Position numbers and translations under genes: made by a program. Under the pieces are notes generated by a model. That model saw nothing but the letters and a program-made list of their open reading frames with translations, made no database searches and had not been told where the DNA came from. Below, one piece after another: positions 57,801 through 64,000 of a stretch of 64,000 bases of DNA; position 1 is the first letter of the stretch; the number at the start of each line of letters is the position of its first letter. Origin of the DNA: an uncultured Bacteroidales bacterium (GTDB lineage: Bacteria; Bacteroidota; Bacteroidia; Bacteroidales; JAGOPY01); contig CAZUDV010000002.1 of NCBI GenBank assembly GCA_964619555.1, positions 141,659-205,658 on the forward strand, given 5' to 3'.

Positions 57801-59085
57801 GGTTGATCTGAACATAGAAATCTTTTCCAAACAGCTTGTGCCAGTATTGAAAAGCCTGCTCGGCCTGCGTTTCGCCCACATTAAGGATAAGTTCCGGTAT
57901 TTCTGATTTCAGGCTGCCGGTGGTGGCGATGAGACCATTCCTGCATTTCTCGATCAGTTGTTTATCTATTCGCGGCACCCCGTCGTAAAAACCTTCCAGG
58001 TAACCCATGGAACTCAGGCGGGAAAGATTCTGATAGCCCTCATAGTTCTTTGCCAGCAACACCTGGTGGTGACGGACGTCGGGATTTTCCTTGGTGAATT
58101 TTTTCCGGGTACGTTCCAGGGCCACATAGAATTCACAGCCAATGATCGGTTTTATCTTGTGTTTTCCGGCTTCAGCAATAAACGAAAAAGCTCCGAAAAG
58201 GTTGCCATGGTCGGTTAGGGCTATGGCTGTCATCCCGTCTTTTGTCGCTTTTTCCACGATCTCTTTGATATCCGGAGTAGCCTGCAGCACAGAGAACTGG
58301 GAGTGTACATGCAGATGACAGAAGTTTACAGCCTCACTCACTGATCCTTCCTCAGCCTTGGGGAGGGGAATCTGGGGATCGGGAGTTGATCCGAGTGAGG
58401 TATTCATCTCCCTGAAATTCCTTACCCTGATCATCTCCGGTGGTATGACGTCCGGATTATGATGCAGGAAAGCTGCGAACATTGCCTCATCCAGGCCAGC
58501 TTTGGAATAAGGTATGATTTGCAGGCGGAGCAATTCCAGGAAGCAACGAGCTGTGGCAACAACATCGGCAGCGGCATTGTGGGCATCAGGAAAGCCCTCG
58601 CCGAATAGTTTCTGGTGGAGTTCACCGAGGTTCGGCCATTTAAATCCGCCTCCCCTGCCACCCGGCAAGGCACAATATTCCACAGCCGCCGTTTCCGTGT
58701 CGATCAGCGGCCGGCCATCCAGGGGATTCTCCCGTCCAGCCCTGATGTATTCGGAACCCATGATCCTGACATCGAAAGTGATATTATGACCGACGATGAA
58801 GGTACTGCGTGAAATCACTTCCTGGAAGGCATCCAGCACCGAGCCCAGGTCTACGCCATCCTGCAGGGCCAGTTCGGTGGTTATGCCATGAACCTTGGCT
58901 GCGTTGTATGGGATGGTGAAGTTATCGGGGCGGATCAGGAAATCCTTTGCTTCGATCAATTTGCCTTCCACATCGTGCAGTTGCCAGGCAAGCTGCACCA
59001 CACGCGGCCAGTTTTCCAGATCGGTTACCGGCGCTTCAAAATTACGCGGCAGGCCGGTCGTTTCGGTATCGTATATCAGGAACAT
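54832..59085 (-). CDS. dnaE: DNA polymerase III alpha subunit (DnaE) with an N-terminal DEDDh 3'-5' exonuclease (DnaQ-like) domain fused
   Basis: 1417 aa. Residues 1 to ~195 carry ExoI IYDTETTG, ExoII VGHNITFDVRI and ExoIII HNAAADVVATARCF. The PHP domain starts at FCHLHVHSQFS. Typical DnaE blocks follow (LPDIDIDF, GLLKMDFLGL, QFES.GM) plus a C-terminal OB fold. Confidence 0.95.
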   Translation of the reverse strand: MFLIYDTETTGLPRNFEAPVTDLENWPRVVQLAWQLHDVEGKLIEAKDFLIRPDNFTIPYNAAKVHGITTELALQDGVDLGSVLDAFQEVISRSTFIVGHNITFDVRIMGSEYIRAGRENPLDGRPLIDTETAAVEYCALPGGRGGGFKWPNLGELHQKLFGEGFPDAHNAAADVVATARCFLELLRLQIIPYSKAGLDEAMFAAFLHHNPDVIPPEMIRVRNFREMNTSLGSTPDPQIPLPKAEEGSVSEAVNFCHLHVHSQFSVLQATPDIKEIVEKATKDGMTAIALTDHGNLFGAFSFIAEAGKHKIKPIIGCEFYVALERTRKKFTKENPDVRHHQVLLAKNYEGYQNLSRLSSMGYLEGFYDGVPRIDKQLIEKCRNGLIATTGSLKSEIPELILNVGETQAEQAFQYWHKLFGKDFYVQINRHGLPEEEHVNKILLRFAKKYNVRYFAANSVYYLEKDDHDIHDMILCLQLNEYQSTPVGKGRGFRFGFPSKEYYLKSRSEMLELFRDMPEALETTAHIADQVESYQVKRDPLMPDYPIPEGFDDANEYLRYLTNKGAEWRYGAVTPEIQERIDFELATIKRMGYPGYFLIVQEILHQARSMGVSVGPGRGSAAGSVVAYCLRITDVDPIKFNLLFERFLNPDRISLPDIDIDFDEDGRERVLRWVVDRYGAGRVAQVITFGRMAPRGAIRDIARVKQLSLNESDRLSKLVPGKPGVTFKEAYTESPDLLRERREGEPLVQETLQGAERIEGQVRSTGTHACGIIIGKNDLIDLIPLSITKESDMLATQYEGSQIESVGMLKMDFLGLKTLSIIKDALDNIRRSKGVAIDIEQIPADDPDTFRLYSNGDTNGIFQFESEGMKKNLRELKPNRFEDLIAMNALYRPGPMEYIPNYIRRKHGKEKIEYPIPEMEEILKETYGITVYQEQVMLLSQLLAGFTKGKADALRKGMGKKKKEIIDELKANFIEGGKKNGYPEEQLEKIWQDWEAFAGYAFNKSHSTCYAVVSYRMAYLKAHYPAEFMAAVLSRHLTEIKKITFFIDECKHLHIPVLGPDVNESDLHFVVNKKGEIRFGMAAIKGVGESAVEAIIAERNQNGPFRNIFDFAKRVNLRAVNKRSMEALAFAGAFDCFEGAHRAQYFHRENTDDSIFLEKVIRHAGLFQEKQQSAQHSLFGENMPIELPDPKIPDCQPWSKHQQLKHEREVTGFYISGHPLDIYKAEIDAFCNVTFQDLNSGLSKYQSKAVSFAGMINSVDIRTAKTGSQYANFELEDFSDTYQLSLFSDDFMRFRHLLVEGTYLLIFGRIEANRRNNRLEVRVKNMVLLGEALDKFCKSVSLFIDIKSLNDPLINELNQALRSYPGECDVKLKVQDLDEGFVLDMYPRKFRVSPSAFIRAVSILEEIEFRVNGFQLNN

Positions 59086-59186
59086 TTGAAATAATGCGAA
59101 TTAGAAATTACAGGTTGTGTGGCTAAAAATAGGCAAAAGAGACGGGTCTGGCCGGGTTGTTAATAAAAATAGGAGAAGTCTGGTTT

Positions 59187-59205
59187 GCGGTCGGCGGTCG
59201 GCGGT
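59187..59205. repeat. Short CGGCGGT heptamer repeat (same unit as the 50514-50583 array)
   Basis: GCGGT CGGCGGT CGGCGGT, read directly in the dnaE/rpsP divergent intergenic region. Confidence 0.6.
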
Positions 59206-59304
59206 TCGCAATTGACAGTAGTTCGCCCAGCGCCCATGCGGACGTGTATCCATGTTAACTTATGCTATGGGAAATGGGGTGAAGTGCAAAACTTTTTAAT
59301 CGCT

Positions 59305-59325
59305 GGAATTTGGAATTTGGAATTA
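59305..59325. repeat. (GGAATTT)x3 tandem heptamer
   Basis: GGAATTT GGAATTT GGAATTA, about 60 nt upstream of the rpsP ATG and just before a -7-like GATCTTTG (59332-59339). Confidence 0.7.
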
Positions 59326-59384
59326 TTTTCCGATCTTTGCACCCCAATTTTGGAAATTCTTTCATAACACATTAACAACAACTT

Positions 59385-60128
59385 ATGCCAACGAAAATCA
59401 GATTGCAGAGAAAAGGGAAAAAAGGCATGCCTTTTTACCACGTTGTCATTGCGGATGGTCGTGCACCACGGGATGGGAAATTCATCGAAAGAATTGGCAT
59501 TTACAATCCTGTGCTCAAACCAGCTGAAATCGACATTAAATTTGACCGTGCGCTATACTGGCTCCAGGCCGGTGCCCAACCGACCGACACCGTTCGCGCT
59601 CTTCTTTCCTCCAAGGGAATCCTGCTCAAGTACCATTTACTCAAAGGCGTAAAGAAAGGCGCCCTGACCGAGGAACTTGCCGATGCTAAATTCGAAGCCT
59701 GGTTAAAGGAAAAACAGGAAAAGCACCTGAAAGCTATCAAAGATGCAGACCTGACCGGTAAAGAGGCTAATAAAAAACGCCTGGCCGATGAAGCCAGGGT
59801 GAATGAGGCCCGTGCCAAAGAACTGGCTGCCAAACGCGCCAAGGAACTGGCTGCTGCCCATAAGGCTGAAGCCGCGGAGGCAGGGGAAACTGCGGAAACG
59901 GTCGTGGAAGAGGCTTCTATAGCTGAAGCACCGGCCGTTGAAGCTCAGGTAGTTGAAGCTGAACCGGTTACGGAAGAAGTAGCCGCTGCTGAGGAACCTG
60001 TCGCTGAAGAGCCTGCCGCAGATGCAGTTGCTATGGTAGAAGAACCGGCAGAAAAAGCTGAACCGGCGGAAGAATCTGAACCGGCAGCCGAAGAGCCGTT
60101 GGCCGAAGAAACCGAAGAAAAAGCTTAA
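59385..60128 (+). CDS. rpsP: 30S ribosomal protein S16 with a long Ala/Glu/Pro-rich C-terminal extension
   Basis: [42 protein letters not shown] is canonical S16. Residues from ~100 to 247 are a low-complexity AEKP-rich tail. Confidence 0.9.
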   Translation: MPTKIRLQRKGKKGMPFYHVVIADGRAPRDGKFIERIGIYNPVLKPAEIDIKFDRALYWLQAGAQPTDTVRALLSSKGILLKYHLLKGVKKGALTEELADAKFEAWLKEKQEKHLKAIKDADLTGKEANKKRLADEARVNEARAKELAAKRAKELAAAHKAEAAEAGETAETVVEEASIAEAPAVEAQVVEAEPVTEEVAAAEEPVAEEPAADAVAMVEEPAEKAEPAEESEPAAEEPLAEETEEKA

Positions 60129-60204
60129 TCAGACCCTTTACTTTTTCACCCAATAATCTGAAATTTTCCGGATTAGGTAAAATATCAGAACCGAAAAAAG
60201 TCAA

Positions 60205-60241
60205 AGGCCGGATATCCAAACCAGATTCCGGCCTTTTTTTT
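60205..60241 (+). terminator. Intrinsic terminator after rpsP
   Basis: AGGCCGGA (60205-12) pairs with TCCGGCCT (60227-34), followed by a T8 run. Confidence 0.7.
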
Positions 60242-60252
60242 ATCTTTACTTC

Positions 60253-60792
60253 ATGAGCCCATTACCAATCAGAATATTCGAAGGATACTTCTTCCTGGGA
60301 AAGATCATCCGGACGCATGGTTACAAAGGTGGACTGAAAGCTGTCCTGGATGTGGACGAACCGCAGGAATACAGGGAATTGGATATGATATTCGTGGATA
60401 TGAAAGGGCAACTGGTCCCCTGGATGGTGGAAGATATCCATCTTGAAAAAAATAAAGCCAACATCAGGCTGAAAGACCTGAACACCATGGAAGCCGCCGA
60501 AAAGCTGGTGCACCATGCCATGTACCTGCCGGTAGAGCTCCTGCCCAAACTCCGCGGCAATAAATTTTATTACCACGAAGTCATCGGATTCAAGGTGAAA
60601 GACGCTTCACGCGGCGACCTGGGTACCGTAGACCGGGTCATCGAACTGCCGAACAACCCGCTTCTGGCAGTCAAATTCGGAGAGAAGGAAATCCTGTTGC
60701 CCATTTCGGATGATATAATCGTTAAAGTTGACCGACGGAAGAAACAGATCGAGGTGAAAGCGCCGGAAGGATTGATTGACATTTACCTGTGA
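60253..60792 (+). CDS. rimM: Ribosome maturation factor RimM
   Basis: GKIIRTHGYKGGLK N-terminal barrel and a PRC-barrel C-terminus EILLPISDDIIVKVDRRKKQIEVKAPEGLIDI. Conserved rpsP-rimM synteny. Confidence 0.85.
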   Translation: MSPLPIRIFEGYFFLGKIIRTHGYKGGLKAVLDVDEPQEYRELDMIFVDMKGQLVPWMVEDIHLEKNKANIRLKDLNTMEAAEKLVHHAMYLPVELLPKLRGNKFYYHEVIGFKVKDASRGDLGTVDRVIELPNNPLLAVKFGEKEILLPISDDIIVKVDRRKKQIEVKAPEGLIDIYL

Positions 60793-60833
60793 TATTACTT
60801 TATCACGTGGGCTCAAGTAACGACTCAGGACTA

Positions 60834-61574
60834 ATGACTGAAATCGACCGGATCAAACAATTGGGTAAAGTTACCGACGTTTTTTACTTCAAGCAATTCA
60901 GCGTAAAGGACGATCGCAGTACAATGAAAGTAGGCACCGATGCCGTGCTGCTGGGAATCGCCACAGATGTCAGCAATGCCAGGCAGATCCTTGAGGTTGG
61001 CACGGGCTGCGGGGTGATCGCCCTGGTTCTGGCGCAACGGTCGTCCGCGATGATCGATGCCCTGGAAATCGATGCCGAATCCATCCTGCAGGCCGGCGAG
61101 AATGTGGCATCCTCCCCGTGGAAAGACCGGATCAATATCATTCACAGCCCATTGCAGGATTACTGTTCCTCAGTCAAATATGACCTTATCATATCCAATC
61201 CGCCATTTTTTCCAGGCACCTACAGATCCGATAAAAACAAGAGAAACATTTCGAGGCACAATGAACGGTTGAGTTTCAATGACTTGATCTCAAACACCGA
61301 AAGGCTCCTGGCAGATGATGGCAGTTTATGGGTCATACTGCCTGTAAGGGAAAGTTTGTATTTCACTGCAGCTGCAGAAGGAGTTGGATTTCATGTTCAT
61401 TATATACTAAAGATCATCCCTAAAACCGGAAAGGAGCCGAAGCGGGTAGTCCTGCAATTGAAAAGGCAGGAATGCCCGGAAATCAGGTTGGAGACTCTGA
61501 CCCACTGGTCCGCCGACGGGGAATTCTCCGAAGAATATAAACGATTTACAGGAGAATTTTACATCGATTTTTAA
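60834..61574 (+). CDS. tRNA (adenine-N6)-methyltransferase-like protein (YfiC/TrmN6 family)
   Basis: FKQFSVKDDRSTMKVGTDAVLLG, SAM motif ILEVGTGCGVIAL and catalytic IISNPPFF. The ORF opens with GTG at 60789; the ATG at 60834 is preferred. Confidence 0.75.
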   Translation: MTEIDRIKQLGKVTDVFYFKQFSVKDDRSTMKVGTDAVLLGIATDVSNARQILEVGTGCGVIALVLAQRSSAMIDALEIDAESILQAGENVASSPWKDRINIIHSPLQDYCSSVKYDLIISNPPFFPGTYRSDKNKRNISRHNERLSFNDLISNTERLLADDGSLWVILPVRESLYFTAAAEGVGFHVHYILKIIPKTGKEPKRVVLQLKRQECPEIRLETLTHWSADGEFSEEYKRFTGEFYIDF

Positions 61575-61577
61575 TAC

Positions 61578-61625
61578 CACCTGTGAGGTCACCTGTGAGG
61601 TCACCTGTGAGGTCACCTGTGAGGT
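61578..61625. repeat. Perfect tandem 12-mer array (CACCTGTGAGGT)x4
   Basis: Read directly. It starts 4 nt after the methyltransferase stop and ends 14 nt before a -7-like TATCTTTA (61640-61647). Unit junctions create AGGTCACCT (GGTNACC dyad). Confidence 0.95.
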
Positions 61626-61665
61626 CCCAAGGAAATCATTATCTTTACCTCATAATAATCCATTC

Positions 61666-63147
61666 TTGAAACGATTCTTTCTGGAAATTATCGTCTTCCT
61701 CTGCGGGGCAGTAGTTATGATCTTTGAACTGGCCGGTTCAAGGGTATTGGGGCCTTACCTGGGCACTTCCATCTTTATCTGGACAAGCCTGATCGGCATC
61801 ATCCTGGGAAGCCTGAGCCTAGGCTATTTCATTGGCGGCAGGTTAGCCGACAAGCGTCCCTCCTACTCCATGCTCGCCTGGATCATCCTGATTGCAGCCT
61901 TGCTGATCGGTTTCACCACGCTGGTGAAGGAATTCTTCCTGTTCAACCTGCCTAAGGCTATATCCGGACTTAAATGGCAGTCGATAGCGGCATCAGTCTT
62001 CCTGTTTGCACCGGCCAGCATTTTCCTCGGAATGGTCTCACCATATGCTGTAAGGCTGAAGATCAAAGCTTTACAAACATCCGGCACAACAGTTGGAAAT
62101 CTTTATGCCATTTCTACGGTCGGAAGCATTGCAGGAACATTTGCAGCCGGATTTGTACTTATTCCGGTCATGGGTACAACTAATATCCTGATGACCATCA
62201 CCGCATTGCTTGCCATCCTGGCTATCATCCTGTTTATTTTGGAGCGACGTACTACCATCAGCATTTTTCCCTTTTTACTGCTCCTTATATCCGGATATAA
62301 CCTTTATGCGTACAACACCAACCCAAAACCTTACCTTGATTGCGATACCCAATACAGCCGCGTCTGGATCTATGACGCCACAGACCAATCGACAGGCAAA
62401 CCGATCAAATTCATGCGCATCAACAACGAAAGTTCCTCTGCCATGTTCACCGGCTCTGACGAACTGGTATTCCCGTACACCAGGGCATATCGTTTGCTGG
62501 AACATTATATTCCCGATCCGAAATCTATTCTCATCCTGGGAGGTGCAGGTTATTCCTTCCCGAAATTCTGCCTCGCCAGATATCCTGAAGCAAAAGTAGA
62601 TGTGGTCGAGATCGATCCCGAACTGACCGAACTGGCCCGGGAACATTTCAAACTCAAGGATGACCCAAGGCTGAAGATATTCCATGAAGATGCCAGGACA
62701 TTTATAAACCGCGGTGAAGGAAAATACGACGTTATTATCGGAGATGCCTACAAATCGCTTTATACCATACCATGGCACCTGACCACCGTTGAAGCCGCCA
62801 TCAAGGCTTACAACATGCTGAACGACGGAGGGTGCCTGCTGCAGAATATCATCTCACCCATTACCGGAGACGGAAGCGCCTTTCTGAAGGCAGAACTGGC
62901 AACTTTCAGGACTGTTTTCCCTTATGTTTATGTTTTTGCCGTAACGGAACCTGGCGACCTGAAAGAGGTTCAGAGCGTGATGATGGTCGCGATAAGGACG
63001 GACCAGGAACCTGAAAGGACCAATACGGATGCCGAACTCGCGGGCCTTCTGAAAGCTGATGTCACTCCATTGATTACAACAGACTTACCAGTACTCACCG
63101 ATGAATTCGCCCCGGTTGATAATTATACAAACCGGGCAATAAAGTAA
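61666..63147 (+). CDS. Membrane-fused spermidine-synthase-like (polyamine aminopropyltransferase family) protein
   Basis: About 7 N-terminal TM helices, then a SpeE-like domain with ILILGGAGYSFPKF, VDVVEIDPELTELAREHF and VIIGDAY. Apparent TTG start at 61666. Confidence 0.7.
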   Translation: MKRFFLEIIVFLCGAVVMIFELAGSRVLGPYLGTSIFIWTSLIGIILGSLSLGYFIGGRLADKRPSYSMLAWIILIAALLIGFTTLVKEFFLFNLPKAISGLKWQSIAASVFLFAPASIFLGMVSPYAVRLKIKALQTSGTTVGNLYAISTVGSIAGTFAAGFVLIPVMGTTNILMTITALLAILAIILFILERRTTISIFPFLLLLISGYNLYAYNTNPKPYLDCDTQYSRVWIYDATDQSTGKPIKFMRINNESSSAMFTGSDELVFPYTRAYRLLEHYIPDPKSILILGGAGYSFPKFCLARYPEAKVDVVEIDPELTELAREHFKLKDDPRLKIFHEDARTFINRGEGKYDVIIGDAYKSLYTIPWHLTTVEAAIKAYNMLNDGGCLLQNIISPITGDGSAFLKAELATFRTVFPYVYVFAVTEPGDLKEVQSVMMVAIRTDQEPERTNTDAELAGLLKADVTPLITTDLPVLTDEFAPVDNYTNRAIK

Positions 63148-63254
63148 GCAACGAGAATCCCACTTTCGTAATTCCAAAAGACAACCCGTAAATGAACAGG
63201 CTTGAGCACTTAAATTTCCAACGACTATTTTTAACGATTAATTCGATATTGCCT

Positions 63255-64000
63255 ATGAAAAATTTTCTTTACGCGGTCCTGTACCTGGTTTCGTTCACCC
63301 TGGTCTTTTCCTGCCAGCAACCGGTAAATAAGCCTGAACAATTGTTGATCGCCCTGTCAAAAGGCAGCCCCGATTCTTCGTATGCCAATTACTACCGGTG
63401 GGTCGAAAGCCTTGACACTTCAGCCTTATGCATTGATATGTACGCACCTGGGGAAGAAGAGGCCATGAAAAAATTCCGCGAATGTTCAGGGCTGATCCTG
63501 ACAGGTGGTACCGATATCAATCCTGAGTTCTATGATAAAGCGCACGATACGGTTCGGTGCTGGCCGGTGGATCACAAGCGGGACGCCCTGGAAATGCGGT
63601 TACTGGATTCAGCGATAGCCTGGGGTATACCCGTGCTGGGAATCTGTCGCGGGCACCAGTTGATCAACGTAACCCTTGGGGGCAGCCTGGTGGTCGATAT
63701 ACCGCAGGACAGAGGAACTGCCGTAATCCATCAATGCGATGATTACCTGCAATGCTTCCATCCCGTGCGGATATCCAACGGTACTATACTCTCCTCTGTT
63801 TGCGGAGTACGCAGCGGAGAGGTCACTACCAACCATCACCAGGCGGTTGATTTCCTGGCACCAGGACTCAGGATTTCAGCCTATACCTCCGACGGTATCA
63901 TTGAAGCTATCGAATGGGCGGATACGACAGGCAGATCTTTCCTTATGGGTGTCCAATGGCATCCCGAAAGGATGGACATTGCCAGCCCTTTATCAGGCGC
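63255..64000 (+). CDS. Gamma-glutamyl-gamma-aminobutyrate hydrolase (PuuD/peptidase C26, class I glutamine amidotransferase) family lipoprotein, 3' end outside the window
   Basis: My own translation from ATG 63255 gives MKNFLYAVLYLVSFTLVFSC (lipobox), then LILTGGTDINP, the catalytic GICRGHQLINV, and GVQWHPER. No stop occurs before the window end, so it is absent from the ORF track. Confidence 0.8.
   Translation, partial: MKNFLYAVLYLVSFTLVFSCQQPVNKPEQLLIALSKGSPDSSYANYYRWVESLDTSALCIDMYAPGEEEAMKKFRECSGLILTGGTDINPEFYDKAHDTVRCWPVDHKRDALEMRLLDSAIAWGIPVLGICRGHQLINVTLGGSLVVDIPQDRGTAVIHQCDDYLQCFHPVRISNGTILSSVCGVRSGEVTTNHHQAVDFLAPGLRISAYTSDGIIEAIEWADTTGRSFLMGVQWHPERMDIASPLSG

Noticed and set aside
59185-59367. 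60-aa ORF in the dnaE/rpsP intergenic region.
   Set aside because: It starts within the CGGCGGT repeat, runs through the promoter elements of rpsP, and has no recognisable features. It is treated as non-coding.
60241-60248. A TATCTTTA -7-like box just before rimM.
   Set aside because: It ends only 4 nt before the rimM ATG and overlaps the T-run of the rpsP terminator. It is too close to serve as a normal promoter, so rimM is more likely expressed by partial read-through.
61578-61625. Possible CRISPR array (regular short repeats).
   Set aside because: The units are contiguous with no spacers, only 12 nt long, and no cas genes are present. It is a simple tandem repeat.

Overview
Mostly housekeeping chromosomal window, most likely from a Bacteroidota genome. 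The phylum call rests on exact TAnnTTTG -7 promoter boxes in front of 14 genes, a T9SS C-terminal sorting domain, and CarboxypepD_reg-type TonB-dependent receptors paired with DUF4249 lipoproteins. The gene content (DUF134, DUF5320, NifX-like protein, archaeal-type peroxiredoxin) hints at an anaerobe. I count about 52 protein-coding genes plus RNase P RNA (rnpB). I see no rRNA, tRNA, CRISPR array, transposase, integrase, phage or recognisable defence genes. Core genes recognised: pdxB, tkt, parE, nnr, rlmD, aroK, gyrB, trxA, dnaE, and rpsP-rimM followed by a tRNA methyltransferase. Nothing here is a clear-cut novel system. The candidates worth a second look are: (1) a tight five-gene operon linking uncharacterised DUF134, DUF5320 and NifX-like proteins to an archaeal-type peroxiredoxin, behind a palindrome that abuts the promoter; (2) a TonB receptor / lipoprotein / MbnP-like / di-haem MbnH-like peroxidase module; (3) a DnaE with an N-terminal DEDDh (DnaQ-like) exonuclease fused in cis; (4) short perfect tandem repeats (7-mer and 12-mer arrays) sitting in promoter-proximal intergenic DNA; (5) a recurrent ~31-nt two-box motif upstream of four genes that lack the canonical -7 box; (6) a translationally coupled pair encoding a PorV/PorQ-like barrel and a ComEA-type HhH module fused to a large putative beta-barrel; (7) a secreted Cys-rich small protein next to a TlpA-like oxidoreductase. 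All functional calls come from motif reading by eye. No searches were run.
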